64,000 nt of DNA. Source: Candidatus Bathyarchaeia archaeon. Its GTDB lineage: Archaea > Thermoproteota > Bathyarchaeia > 40CM-2-53-6. The DNA lies in the NCBI GenBank assembly GCA_050013255.1, contig JBEKFP010000003.1, positions 218,483-282,482 on the forward strand, written 5' to 3'. The position numbers were made by a program, and so were the translations under genes. Below, one piece after another: positions 34,959-45,748 of this stretch; position 1 is the first letter of the stretch, and each line of letters starts with the position of its first letter. The notes below the pieces were generated by a model, which was not told the origin of the DNA, searched no databases, and saw only the letters and a program-made list of their open reading frames with translations.

Positions 34959-36238
34959 CCCTTGGCGGTAAAGACCCCGTTGATTCCGTCTTTGATCACG
35001 TCAGCCATGATGACCTGGTTTCCTACCATGATCGTCATCCCTCTAAGCGCTTCAGGTGTCTCGGCCTTGGCCTTCTCCAAATACTCTCGAGCACTTGGAA
35101 GATCGGTTCCGACCATCCGGCCATAGATAGGAATGATTCTCTTGCCCTGAGCATGCCTTTCCCGGATGGCTTCTACGACCCCACGGATGAAGATGTCACA
35201 ACTTGAGATGCCCCCGAATCGTGACGTTATGATTAGGTCGACTTTATCGTAGTCCATTAGCAAATGGAACATCTGGGCTACCTGATGCTGAGAAGGCCCT
35301 CCCCCTGAGTCCATGAAGTTGACCGGGATGACTCTACCTCGAAAGAATCGATCGCCAATATTCGCCACCTCGTCGATAGAGAAAATACCATAGCCAGCTC
35401 CACCAGGGACAAGTCCTACGTAGATTTTCTTTGGGTCCCTTGGTGCGTCTTCAGGAAGAAGGTCTACGTACTTGAAACCATTCGCTTGCGCTTTTCGCTC
35501 ATTCGTGGTCAATTCAGCTGCATCGTGGCGCTTGTCAGTGATTCCAAGGGTTTCAAGTAGCTTGGGCTGCCGATACAACGCGTTATCGTCAAGCACTATC
35601 TTGGCATCAGCCGCTACAGGTCCTCTGGGGGTGATTATTAGTGGATTGATCTCACAGATTTTTGCGTCAGCTTCTTGATAGAGGCTGTAGACGTTTGAAA
35701 TGATCTTTGTGAGTTCTTCTGTGCTGGTGATGGCACGTACACTTGCAGGTAGCTCTTCCATAAGTTTTCTAGCTAACCCAGTTACTAGACTCGGTGGTAG
35801 CTTGCTCTCGTTTCCAGGGATCTCGATTCTGTGGATTGCTCCAGGGGTGTCCCTCGCCACCGTCTCAATATCTACGCCTCCCGCGGCACTTGCAATGACA
35901 ACGTTATTGAAAGTCAATGGGTCCATCGTCACTCCTATGTAGCAGGCCGCGAGCTGGTCTACGGCCTCCTCGACGAGTAAGGTCTTAACAGGGTAGCCTT
36001 TCACTCCAAACTTGAAAATCTCCTCAGATTTGGCCTTGGCTTCACTCTGATCCTTGGCTTTCTTTATTCCTCCCGCCTTCCCTCGTCCTCCTACCAGAAC
36101 AAGAGCCTTGAGGATCAAGGGGTAATTCGCATTGAGCCCTTCCAGTTCCAAGGCCGAGTGGATTACCCCATATTGCCTAGGTACGGGAATGCCCTTCTCC
36201 GCGAAGAGCTGTTTCGCCTCGTTCTCGTAGAGTCTCAT
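34949..36238 (-). CDS. SucC-like ATP-grasp subunit
   Basis: MRLYENEAK, GGRGKAGG, GGVDIE, EINPL, ADAK. Confidence 0.85.
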   Translation of the reverse strand: MRLYENEAKQLFAEKGIPVPRQYGVIHSALELEGLNANYPLILKALVLVGGRGKAGGIKKAKDQSEAKAKSEEIFKFGVKGYPVKTLLVEEAVDQLAACYIGVTMDPLTFNNVVIASAAGGVDIETVARDTPGAIHRIEIPGNESKLPPSLVTGLARKLMEELPASVRAITSTEELTKIISNVYSLYQEADAKICEINPLIITPRGPVAADAKIVLDDNALYRQPKLLETLGITDKRHDAAELTTNERKAQANGFKYVDLLPEDAPRDPKKIYVGLVPGGAGYGIFSIDEVANIGDRFFRGRVIPVNFMDSGGGPSQHQVAQMFHLLMDYDKVDLIITSRFGGISSCDIFIRGVVEAIRERHAQGKRIIPIYGRMVGTDLPSAREYLEKAKAETPEALRGMTIMVGNQVIMADVIKDGINGVFTAKGWK

Positions 36239-36465
36239 TATGTCTCCCTTTCACCTATGACATCTAGGGGGCCGTCAGTTACACGCGTGAAGGCATACCC
36301 GGAGGCATAATGTCTAACAAATTCGCCAGATTGCGAATTTGCAGCATGCCAGCCGTGTTGTTCGTACTCTAGGAGCTTGCCCACATCGTGAGGATACGAG
36401 TGATGAAGGAGTAGTGATTTAGCAGGTTCCATTATGCCATAATACTCTCGTAAGTCTTTGCTCAT
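36238..36465 (-). pseudogene. Short HD-domain remnant, similar to 32067-32618
   Basis: HDVGKLLEY...VRH..G...PLDVI parallels ADVGKLHEY...LRH..G...PEDVL. Confidence 0.45.
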
Positions 36466-36474
36466 GTTTTCTTC

Positions 36475-36969
36475 TCACGAGAAGGCCAGGTCGCCGTATT
36501 TTTCGACGTAGGCGATGAGTCCTCCTTCAGTGAGGATCGTCTCCATAGTCTTTGACATCGCGGGGAAACTGATCGTAGTTCCTTTTGTCAGATTCTCTAA
36601 TGCGTTCTCGGAGAGATGTAGTTCCAGTTTGTCGCCTTCATCGATTTTTGTTGTGTCACAAATGATCGCTGGCAATCCAATGTTGATCGCGTTGCGATAG
36701 AATATTCTTGCAAACGATTGGGCAAGGACTGCCGCAACACCGCACATCTTGAATACTAGTGGTGCGTGTTCCCTACTTGACCCCATTCCGAAATTTTTCC
36801 CAGCTACCACAAAGTCCCCTGTTCTTACGCTAGAGGAGAACTCCTTTCTAGCATCTTCTAGGGTGTGCTTCGCAAGTTCGGACAGATTCGACCGAAGACT
36901 CATGTACCTTCCCGGAGTTATTTCGTCGGTGCTAATGTTGTCCCCGAGTTTCCACGCACTTCCAGTCAT
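36475..36969 (-). CDS. LeuD/HacB-family dehydratase small subunit
   Basis: DNISTDEI, NFGMGSSREHA, SFARIFYRNAINIG. Confidence 0.9.
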   Translation of the reverse strand: MTGSAWKLGDNISTDEITPGRYMSLRSNLSELAKHTLEDARKEFSSSVRTGDFVVAGKNFGMGSSREHAPLVFKMCGVAAVLAQSFARIFYRNAINIGLPAIICDTTKIDEGDKLELHLSENALENLTKGTTISFPAMSKTMETILTEGGLIAYVEKYGDLAFS

Positions 36970-36985
36970 TCTTCACACCTTCTCT

Positions 36986-38248
36986 TCAGATGAACTCTCT
37001 TGTGTCCGTAATGTGACCAGTGATTGCGGTTGCTGCCGCTGTTGCGGGTGATCCCAAATATGTCTGGGCTTTCGGATTTCCCGTCCTGCCTGGGAAGTTC
37101 CTGTTGGAGCTGGAGAATATTACCTCATTGTCGGCGGGGATTCCGCCAAGTGCTCCGAAGCATACCCCACATCCGGGCGGGGTGATTACTGCTCCCGCTT
37201 GAAGTAAAGTCTCCAGAATTCCTTCCTCCATGCATTTCAGGTACACCTTCTTTGAGGAGGGGGTCACGATCAGCTTGAGGCCATTCGCCTTCTTTCTCCC
37301 CTTGAAAATCTGAGCCACAATCCGCATATCTTCTATTCTGGTGTTTGTGCAACTTCCGATGAAGACCTCGTTGACCTTCACATCCCTAGCTTCGGAAACT
37401 GGTTTGACGTTCGAGGGCGAACCTGGAAAAGCAACTTGAGGTTGTAGTTCCGAGGCGTTAATTGCGATTTCCGATTCGTAGGAAGCATCGTCATCCGCAT
37501 GGATTTCTTTCCATTGTTGCTCTCGACCGAACTCCCTCAGATACTGTTTTGTCCGTGTGTCGGATTTAATGAGACCGGTCTTGGCGCCAGCTTCAATAGC
37601 CATGTTAGTCAAGGTCAATCTGCCGTACACGTCCAGTTCGTCGATTGCTGCTCCATCAAATTCTAGTGACTTGTAGGTTGCTCCGTCAGTTCCGAGTATG
37701 GATAGGGTTTTCAGAATTAAGTCCTTGGCGAATACGCCTCTTGGAAGACGACCTTCAATATTCATCCTTATTGATTCAGGAACACGCATCCATGTCTTTC
37801 TTAGTTTCATCGCGATTGCGATGTCTGTCGCACCCATGCCAGTTCCGAATGCGCACAGACCGCCAGACGTGCAGCTGTGTGAGTCTGTTCCAACTATCAA
37901 GTCTCCTGGAGACGCGTAGTCTTCCGCCATCACTTGGTGGCAGATTCCGTCACCTGCGTCAGATAGAATTAACCCGCCTCCTAAGGCGTAGTTTCTGACG
38001 GTTGCCTGATCGTTCGATAGCTCTTTTGTGGGGCTTGGAACTGCGTGATCGATGAAGAAAATTGTTCGATTCTTGTCCACGTTGGAGACAACGTTCTTCA
38101 ATTTGCTTAGTTGCTGAATGAGGAGTGGTCCGGATGCGTCGTGAGTGAAAGTGTAATCCACCCTAACTATCACAACTTCTCCAGCCGAAACGGATCCCTT
38201 AGGAGTGTGCGAGCCGATCAACTTCTCCGCCAATGTCTTTCCCGCCAT
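36986..38248 (-). CDS. LeuC/HacA-family dehydratase large subunit
   Basis: GICHQV, DSH, IGSCTN, CGVCFG, NRNF. Confidence 0.9.
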   Translation of the reverse strand: MAGKTLAEKLIGSHTPKGSVSAGEVVIVRVDYTFTHDASGPLLIQQLSKLKNVVSNVDKNRTIFFIDHAVPSPTKELSNDQATVRNYALGGGLILSDAGDGICHQVMAEDYASPGDLIVGTDSHSCTSGGLCAFGTGMGATDIAIAMKLRKTWMRVPESIRMNIEGRLPRGVFAKDLILKTLSILGTDGATYKSLEFDGAAIDELDVYGRLTLTNMAIEAGAKTGLIKSDTRTKQYLREFGREQQWKEIHADDDASYESEIAINASELQPQVAFPGSPSNVKPVSEARDVKVNEVFIGSCTNTRIEDMRIVAQIFKGRKKANGLKLIVTPSSKKVYLKCMEEGILETLLQAGAVITPPGCGVCFGALGGIPADNEVIFSSSNRNFPGRTGNPKAQTYLGSPATAAATAITGHITDTREFI

Positions 38249-38460
38249 TTCGCTTAACCCACCTCTTCTCGCGGTAGCTTGGCGCATGCGGCAATAGAAA
38301 AACGTTGCACGCAAGAATCACCGTCAAGAGCCTGCGCAATACAAATCGTGAAGACAGAAAGCGGCCTCATTTCTCCCCGAGGGCTAAAGGATAGTTCGAG
38401 GCCTGTTCGGACTCCGTCCGCCACTTACGGCAAATACGCCTTTCCACGCCCGCCTCGGCT

Positions 38461-39654
38461 CTACACACTGAGCTTGGCCAGAATTGCATCCGTCATTGCT
38501 GGCGTTGAGGCTGCCCCCTGCTCTAGTACTCTCGGCCCGCCGGTGAGGCGCATCATGTCGTAAGTGCGGATTTTTCCTTCTTTCACGACGGCGCCAACCG
38601 CATCCCAGATCTTTTTCGCTTTATCGGGTTCGCCGACATGTTCGACTAGCATTGCCGCCGCCAGGATCGTGGCGATCGGATTCACGATTGGTGGATTCAA
38701 TCCCGCGTACTTAGGCGCGGATCCGTGTGTGGGTTCGAATACAGCAATTTCGCTCCCAACATTTCCGGAAGGGGCGAAGCCCAGCCCACCGATCAACCCG
38801 GCGAAAGCATCGGAAAGGATGTCGCCAAAGAGATTCGAAGCGACGATTACATTGAAGTCTTCGGGGTTCTTGTTCAACCACATTAACTGCGCATCAATAT
38901 TGTTGCGCCAGAGTTGGATGTCAGGAAACTTTGTTTTTTGGATTTCCTTCGCGACCTCCTCCATTAAACCAGAGGTTTCGCGCACCACGTTTGGCTTTTC
39001 GCAGATGGTCACAGCGTTGAAACCCTTCTTTTTGGCGAACTCAAAAGCTGCGGTGATGATCCTATACGCTGCCGGGCGAGTGATGATTCGCGCGCTTACT
39101 GCGAGGTCCTTCCCTGGAACGTGGGCGAAGGCCTTGAATTTGGGATGAGAGTCCAGCGCAGCGCGCACATTATCCGGAGGGTTCGTCCACTCGATGCCAC
39201 TGTACATGCCCTCTGTGTTCTGGCGGAAGATGGTAGTGTTGATCTGTGGCTCTTCGAAGCCACCCTCGGGCCTTTTCCGGATATAGTTCAACGGGTTGCC
39301 CTTGAAGCCTACGCAGGGCCGCACGCAGATATCCAAGTTGAAGCGTTGACGCATGGTTACGATGGGGCTGTAGTAGACATATCCTTTATCGCGTAACTTA
39401 GGGTCTAGTTCGGCTTCGGCATCTTTCTTCGGTTTCGATGTGATGGCGCCAAACAGTCCCAGCTTGTGCTTGGCCAGCAGGTCAACCGTGCGACCAGGCA
39501 GCGCGTTTCCCTCGGTCCGCCAAAGCTCCCAGCCGATGTCGGCATGGATGTACTCTGCATCGAAACCCACTGCCTTGAGGACGCGCAATGCCTCCGGTAT
39601 GACTTGATTGCCGATACCGTCTCCTGGCATGGTCACAATAGTATAACGAGCCAT
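38461..39654 (-). CDS. Isocitrate/isopropylmalate dehydrogenase family protein
   Basis: GDGIG, NLFGDILSD, FEPTHGSAP. Confidence 0.9.
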   Translation of the reverse strand: MARYTIVTMPGDGIGNQVIPEALRVLKAVGFDAEYIHADIGWELWRTEGNALPGRTVDLLAKHKLGLFGAITSKPKKDAEAELDPKLRDKGYVYYSPIVTMRQRFNLDICVRPCVGFKGNPLNYIRKRPEGGFEEPQINTTIFRQNTEGMYSGIEWTNPPDNVRAALDSHPKFKAFAHVPGKDLAVSARIITRPAAYRIITAAFEFAKKKGFNAVTICEKPNVVRETSGLMEEVAKEIQKTKFPDIQLWRNNIDAQLMWLNKNPEDFNVIVASNLFGDILSDAFAGLIGGLGFAPSGNVGSEIAVFEPTHGSAPKYAGLNPPIVNPIATILAAAMLVEHVGEPDKAKKIWDAVGAVVKEGKIRTYDMMRLTGGPRVLEQGAASTPAMTDAILAKLSV

Positions 39655-39909
39655 AATCGTGCGTGTCGTTCGGGTCAGAATGATTAAGATATCTGCTCTT
39701 TACAAGAAGCAAATTTGAGTATCACAACATCGTCCCGTTCAGTGACGATAGGCAAGAATTATTTATTTGCAATGTGTTTTTCGTGCTTCGCAGAGCAGTG
39801 AGGAAGAAAGAGGGGAAATGTCTTATGATATGCGGTTTGCGTTTTTTCGTAGCGCTCGTCCCAACTCTTATCATTCAAATCATAGCATGATGTTAGAGGT
39901 CGGTTAGGA

Positions 39910-40428
39910 ATGGCGACGCTGGGTAGGGATAGGCTTCTCGAACTCATTGAGGGCGGCTCAATCAAAATTGAACCGTTTAGGAAGGAGCAGGTTGGCCCTG
40001 CTTCCATCAACCTTCACCTAGGCGACAGTTTTCGCGTCTTCGAGAAGACCAGGGACGTGTTCCATGTGCGTGAGGATGCGGATTACAAGCAGCTCACTAG
40101 GGCTGTGAAGGTGGAGCAGAACGGCTCCTTTCTAATCATGCCGAACGAACTTGTAGAAGGCATAACGGAGGAAACCCTCACCCTCCCCTCCACCCTAAGT
40201 GGCCGAATCGAGGGACGCTCACGCTTCGCACGCCTAGGCCTACTAATCCACCTAAGTAGCGGTTTCATTCAACCCGGAAGCACAGGCAAAGTCGTGCTTG
40301 AGATTCTCAACGTCTCGCCGCTACCCTTAGCGCTCCATCCGGGCACGGCCATTTGCCAAGTGATTATTGAGGAAGCCCGCGGCGCAACAAAGTATACAGG
40401 AATTTTCTCGGGGCAGAGCGCTCCATAA
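39910..40428 (+). CDS. dcd: dCTP deaminase
   Basis: PASINLHL, EGRSRFARLG, GFIQPG, ICQ. Confidence 0.85.
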   Translation: MATLGRDRLLELIEGGSIKIEPFRKEQVGPASINLHLGDSFRVFEKTRDVFHVREDADYKQLTRAVKVEQNGSFLIMPNELVEGITEETLTLPSTLSGRIEGRSRFARLGLLIHLSSGFIQPGSTGKVVLEILNVSPLPLALHPGTAICQVIIEEARGATKYTGIFSGQSAP

Positions 40429-40439
40429 TCTGCAGGACT

Positions 40440-41765
40440 TTAATCGCGATCTGTTGCCAGGTGAGGCGGGATAGTCTCCCCAGCTATGAGATCTTCGTAG
40501 CTCTCGCGAGACCTAATCACCTCGCTTTGGCCGTGAGTTGTGAGTATAACTGCGGGCCGCGGTTGACCATTGTAGTTGCTGGCCATAGTGAAGCCGTATG
40601 CACCAGTGTCCAACACGGCCAGGAGGTCGCCTTCGCATAGTTTTGGCAGCTGTACGCTTTTGGCAATCACGTCAGCTGATTCACAACATGGGCCTCCTAT
40701 GTCGTAGGTTAGAGTCATGGGATCTGACATTCTGTTGGCTGGAACGACCTGGTGTTTCGCTCCATACAGTGCGGGTCTGATGAACGTGTTCATTCCTGCA
40801 TCAACTATCGCCCAGTTGATGTCGCCTTGGCGTTTGACCACATCAACCCTGGTTAGCAGGAATCCTGCATCTGCAACGATCGCCCTTCCGGGTTCAAAGA
40901 TCAATTTAGGCTTCCCTAGGTTCCTCAGAGTTTGCAAGTTTCCACTCAGTATAGCAGAAGCGTACTCACCATAGCTCATGGCCTTTGAAGACGGCTCGTA
41001 GGGAAATCCTAACCCACCCCCCATGTCAATTTTAGTCAGCTTTAAGCCGAGAGTTTCATTGACTTCGCTGACAAGTCGAAGTAGGGCTTTCGACATTTTG
41101 CTGAAGATCTCTGGTTGAAAGATGTTCGAGCCGATGTGACTGTGCGCACCTATAACATTCAAGGCACGTTTGTTAGCGGCCTCCCTATAAGCCGCCAGAG
41201 CATCCTCCACCCAGATCCCAAATTTCTGTTCTCTGAGAGCGGTAACTAAGGAGGGGTGCGTATCTGCTCCCATGCCCATGTTAACCCTAATGCCTACGTT
41301 ACACCGTTTTCCAACACGATCTGCAACTTCCTGCAAGTGGTCCAGTTCAGGTATTGAATCTGCATTTATCAGACCGACGCCGGAAGATATCGCTAATTTC
41401 ATCTCTTCCCTACTCTTGAGTGACCCATTGTAGACTATCTTCTCAGGGTCAACGCCAACATCTAGGGCAATTCTAAGTTCAGCTCCAGAAACAACTTCCA
41501 GCCCAGCTCCCTCACTCCTATAGATTCGGCATACTGCAAGGTGTGAGTTGGCTTTGCAAGCTGGACAAACAAGCACATTGTCGTAGATTTTTCCTAGCTC
41601 CGCACGAAATGCTCTAAAGTTATTGCGAACCCTGTCTTCGCTAAGAACGTAGAGAGGTGTTCCATACTCCTTCGCCAGTCGGTCGCATGGGAGACCATCA
41701 GAAACCAGCCGTCCGTTCTGAATAGTCAGATTTTCTCTGAATGCCAAAGAATTCATCTTAGCCAT
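40440..41765 (-). CDS. lysA: Diaminopimelate decarboxylase
   Basis: GTPLYV, KAN, HIGS, GGG, EPGR, GPCCESAD, GAYG, SNYN. Confidence 0.85.
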   Translation of the reverse strand: MAKMNSLAFRENLTIQNGRLVSDGLPCDRLAKEYGTPLYVLSEDRVRNNFRAFRAELGKIYDNVLVCPACKANSHLAVCRIYRSEGAGLEVVSGAELRIALDVGVDPEKIVYNGSLKSREEMKLAISSGVGLINADSIPELDHLQEVADRVGKRCNVGIRVNMGMGADTHPSLVTALREQKFGIWVEDALAAYREAANKRALNVIGAHSHIGSNIFQPEIFSKMSKALLRLVSEVNETLGLKLTKIDMGGGLGFPYEPSSKAMSYGEYASAILSGNLQTLRNLGKPKLIFEPGRAIVADAGFLLTRVDVVKRQGDINWAIVDAGMNTFIRPALYGAKHQVVPANRMSDPMTLTYDIGGPCCESADVIAKSVQLPKLCEGDLLAVLDTGAYGFTMASNYNGQPRPAVILTTHGQSEVIRSRESYEDLIAGETIPPHLATDRD

Positions 41766-41774
41766 GTTCTATGG

Positions 41775-42713
41775 CTAGCCTCCGGTTGCCGGTTCTTCTA
41801 TCCACAGTCTACCTTGAGTTGCATCAAGTCTAGCTCTCACTCCCAGAGGAAGTGTCAAATGGTGTGTTCCGTGACCGCAACAGAGTCCGTAAATGGCTGG
41901 TTTTCCAACCGAGCCGATCCGGTCTCTGAGCACATCCCAGATGGATAGTGAGGCGTCATAATCTCGTGGCTTACTTCGCACGATCTCGCCCACGATTATT
42001 CCTGCAGCCTCTTGGAGTTTGCCCGCCAGCCACAGGTGTGTAAGGTTTCGGTCGATCAAGTAGGGTGGGTCGTCCACCTCTTCAATGAACAGAATCTTGT
42101 CCCTCGTGTCGACCTCATACGGAGTTCCTATAGTTGCCGCTATTAGCGATATGTTACCTCCGACGAGATTTCCAGAAGCTTCTCCATCAGTTATCGTCTT
42201 AATGATGGGGCCGTCAGAAGGGTTTGTGATCTCGCCCAAAGGTTCAGGCCTAGTTAATGCTCTGATCAACCATTGCTGTGTATATTCCGTAAGCTCAGAT
42301 CCCACCACAGGCCCATGAAACGTAACCATATCCGATTTCTGGTGTAACGCAATATGAAGGGCTGTGATGTCGCTGTAGCCAAGGAATATCTTCGGTTTTG
42401 ATTTGATTATCTCGTAGTTCACATACGGAAGCATTCTAGGTGTTCCGTAGCCTCCCGTCACACAGAAAACAGCGTCGACCTCGTCATCTCGGAAGGCTTC
42501 ATTTAGTTCAGCAGCGCGTTCAAGATCCGTTCCTGAAAGATAACCAAAGGCTCTTACCTTCTTCACGCAGTCCCCAAGAGACACTTCGAATCCCAGTTCA
42601 GTAAGCTTCGCAATGCCTTTGTTGATCCCGCCTGGAAGGTCTAACTCACTGCTGGCTGGGGCAACCGCGCGGATCCTATCTCCTTTTCTCAAGGCTTTTG
42701 GTTTGTGGGCCAT
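41775..42713 (-). CDS. LD-carboxypeptidase (peptidase S66)
   Basis: GGYG, GYSDIT, GGN, FIEE, GH. Confidence 0.9.
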   Translation of the reverse strand: MAHKPKALRKGDRIRAVAPASSELDLPGGINKGIAKLTELGFEVSLGDCVKKVRAFGYLSGTDLERAAELNEAFRDDEVDAVFCVTGGYGTPRMLPYVNYEIIKSKPKIFLGYSDITALHIALHQKSDMVTFHGPVVGSELTEYTQQWLIRALTRPEPLGEITNPSDGPIIKTITDGEASGNLVGGNISLIAATIGTPYEVDTRDKILFIEEVDDPPYLIDRNLTHLWLAGKLQEAAGIIVGEIVRSKPRDYDASLSIWDVLRDRIGSVGKPAIYGLCCGHGTHHLTLPLGVRARLDATQGRLWIEEPATGG

Positions 42714-42993
42714 TTATGAGGACACGCATACGAGGGTCAGGCACATTCTATTGTTACTTTCGCTCTATTGTCAGGACAAAACACATGATTCTCAGAAATA
42801 GTAAGAGTATCGGCTTCAGACTCGCCCCATTAGGCCTGTCCCAGCGCAAGTGATACAGTTCACGCCGCACAAGAGCAATTTATAAAAGTTCAACAAAGAG
42901 TTAGTACTGGTTGCAAATACGATAGAGTTATTAGCTTTCCTAGGGCGCTAACCTGCTTAGGAGAAACGTTCTACGCGAACACGTACTAAAGTT

Positions 42994-44592
42994 TTGATTA
43001 TAGTTGCAGTGGCAATCATAGTAGGAGCAGGACTTGCCAACTATTTCCTAGCACAACCCCCTGCAAGTAAGATTCTGGTCTACTACTCTCAATATGATAT
43101 TCAGAGTTTGGATCCCGCAGACGCATACGATTCCGGATCATTCATACCCCTCCAAAACTGCTACGAAACTCTAATCACGTACCCTGTGGAGAACATCACC
43201 ACGCTTCTCCCAGACTTAGCGACAAGTTGGACAGTATCAAACGACGGGCTTGTGTACACGTTCAATTTGCGAACGGATGTCACGTTTAGCAATGGAGATC
43301 CCTTAACATCTGCCGATGTCGTATACAGCTTCCAACGCATTCTAACGATGAATTCGCCCTCCTCTGGTGTAGCTTGGATTGATTCACAAGAAATGAACTC
43401 CGCCAGCATCAAGGCACTCGACAAGTACACTGTGCAATTCACGTTGACCCACGCCTTTAGCCCATTCCTGGAGACTCTTGCGACCGTCGAACCAAATGGT
43501 ATCGTAGACAAGGCGGCAGTGGAAGCGCATGGTGGCGTTGTTGCTAACCAAGACAATTCATGGATGGCGGAGAATGCTACCTGCACCGGGCCTTATGAAA
43601 TACAATCTTGGACGCGGAGCCAACAAGTCGTGATGATCAAGAATCCAAGTTACTGGCGAGGCTGGAATGGACCGCACTATGACAAAATCGTAATGCTGCT
43701 GAATCAGCAGCCATCTACAGCAATTTCGGCTGCGAAGAGTGGTGATGCAACGATTGCTGACATACCTTTTGATCAAGCTCAAGCATTAGCTAACGAGACG
43801 AACTTCAAGATCGTTTCTAGTCCTGTTCCGCGCACAAAACTGTTGACCTTCAACCTGAATTCTACGGACGCTTTCATGAGAGACCAAAATGTCCGAGTCG
43901 CTCTTAGCTGGGCTTTCCCGTACGATGATGCGATTCAGCAAGCTTTCAAAGGCTACGCGGTCCCGCTTAACGGTGCCGTGCCAACCCAAATCTACCTTGG
44001 ACAAGAATCAATGTCGTCCAAGTACTATAGTTTCGACTTGCAGAAGGCCGCAACTATCCTCGACCAAGCTGGATTCACCAAGAATGCGAATGGTTTACGT
44101 TTCAACGGCACTCCTCTGACTCTATACTCTCAATCAACCACTGCCTGGGCCACAACTATAGACGAATTGTATCAAAGCGATCTTTCGAAGATAGGCATAG
44201 TCACCGACATTCACTCTGTACCCCCAAGCACGGTTTACGCTGTCCAGAAAACAAGCAATTGGGATCTGATGATAGTTAATTGGGGCCCTGACTACAATGA
44301 CCCGAGCGACTACGCTCTCCCATTCGTCGGTAGCACAGCAGTAGGCGGTGACACATACTACACTCATTACAATAACTCTGCGATCGACAACGCAATTCTC
44401 GATGCCATGCAAACTCAAAGCAGGGACAAAGAGATTGCTGATTACAAAGTCGTATGGGATGCAAGCAACAAAGATCCCAACATGATCTTTATGGCCGTAA
44501 CAACGAACATAGCTGCTGTCTCAAACACTCTATCGAACTACAGCTACAACGCTATCATTACGTACAACTTTTACTTCTACACACCTGTTTGA
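42994..44592 (+). CDS. Peptide ABC transporter substrate-binding protein (family 5)
   Basis: SLDPA, LATSW, TGPY, NPSYW, WGPDYNDP. Confidence 0.9.
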   Translation: MIIVAVAIIVGAGLANYFLAQPPASKILVYYSQYDIQSLDPADAYDSGSFIPLQNCYETLITYPVENITTLLPDLATSWTVSNDGLVYTFNLRTDVTFSNGDPLTSADVVYSFQRILTMNSPSSGVAWIDSQEMNSASIKALDKYTVQFTLTHAFSPFLETLATVEPNGIVDKAAVEAHGGVVANQDNSWMAENATCTGPYEIQSWTRSQQVVMIKNPSYWRGWNGPHYDKIVMLLNQQPSTAISAAKSGDATIADIPFDQAQALANETNFKIVSSPVPRTKLLTFNLNSTDAFMRDQNVRVALSWAFPYDDAIQQAFKGYAVPLNGAVPTQIYLGQESMSSKYYSFDLQKAATILDQAGFTKNANGLRFNGTPLTLYSQSTTAWATTIDELYQSDLSKIGIVTDIHSVPPSTVYAVQKTSNWDLMIVNWGPDYNDPSDYALPFVGSTAVGGDTYYTHYNNSAIDNAILDAMQTQSRDKEIADYKVVWDASNKDPNMIFMAVTTNIAAVSNTLSNYSYNAIITYNFYFYTPV

Positions 44593-44715
44593 CCGTAAGC
44601 CAAAACCCAAGCGAGAAAAACGGTGGAAGGAAGAACGGTTACGTTAGGTGTGACTGCGGAGAATCTTTGACGAAGATAGGCTCGTAATTAGTGCCATAGC
44701 ACTGATGGGGTGCAT

Positions 44716-45747
44716 ATGTCCATGAGACTCTGGGAGTTTATGGTTCGACGATTGATGGCTGGCATCCCAATAATCGTCGGGTTAAGTGTTCTAATTTTCT
44801 TTGTTACCCACATCGTACCCGCCGACCCAGCTCGATTATATGCAGGTTTCAAGGCCTCCCCGGAAACGATAGCGGCAATTCATAAAATGCTGCACCTCGA
44901 CGACCCAATTCTTGTTCAATACTGGTACTACCTGGTGGCGCTCTTTCACGGTGACTTAGGATATTCGCTTTCAATACGAAAGAGCGTAGCGGAGGGTATT
45001 TCTCTGTTCCTTCCAACGACGCTAGGGTTAGCCTTATTGACAATTGCCTGGTCCGCACCCGCAGGGATTATTCTTGGTATCATCTCAGCGACAAAGAAAA
45101 ATAGAGTCAGCGACACATTGTCTCGCGGTATAGCCTACTTTGGTCTGTCTGTGCCGACGTTCTTTCTCGCAATACTAGTTCAACTGATCTTCGTGGTTCA
45201 ACTTAAGGTTCTTCCTTTAACCGGCATGCTGTATCCAGGTCAGAACGCGCCCACAGCTATTACCCGCTTCTTCCCGGTTGACTCGCTCCTTACAGGGAAC
45301 TTCTCTGATTTCTCTTCCTCAATGATTCATCTTGTGCTACCTGTTTTCGCATTGGGTTTCTCTGGAATGTCCCTGACTTTACGGATGACAAGGTCGAGTA
45401 TGCTAGAAGTACTCACATCAAGCTTTGTTCGGACGCTCCGAGCAAAGGGCGTATCCGAAAACGCGATAACCTTCAGATACGCATTCCGTGCTGCGATGGG
45501 CCCCACTCTTACTGTAATCGGATTGTCTGCCGGCGGACTACTTGGCGGAACTGTCTTCATAGAAGAAATATTTGGACTCGCAGGTTTTTCTAACTGGGCG
45601 TACCAAGCTATCCTCGGATTCGACTACAACGTAGTCGTCGCGTTCACGCTAATCGTCGCAATCGTCTATATGATTATGAATATTGTCGTCGACATTGCAT
45701 ACGCCTGGATAGAACCCCAGATCAGATTGGCCGAGGAAATAGTCTAA
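44716..45747 (+). CDS. Peptide ABC transporter permease (DppB-like)
   Basis: PADPA, HLVLP, TRSSMLE, RAKG. Confidence 0.9.
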   Translation: MSMRLWEFMVRRLMAGIPIIVGLSVLIFFVTHIVPADPARLYAGFKASPETIAAIHKMLHLDDPILVQYWYYLVALFHGDLGYSLSIRKSVAEGISLFLPTTLGLALLTIAWSAPAGIILGIISATKKNRVSDTLSRGIAYFGLSVPTFFLAILVQLIFVVQLKVLPLTGMLYPGQNAPTAITRFFPVDSLLTGNFSDFSSSMIHLVLPVFALGFSGMSLTLRMTRSSMLEVLTSSFVRTLRAKGVSENAITFRYAFRAAMGPTLTVIGLSAGGLLGGTVFIEEIFGLAGFSNWAYQAILGFDYNVVVAFTLIVAIVYMIMNIVVDIAYAWIEPQIRLAEEIV

Positions 45748-45748
45748 G

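Noticed and set aside
38564-39148. Long antisense ORFs (also 51292-51891, 60565-61131, 43161-43586)
   Set aside because: Antisense shadows of well-supported genes
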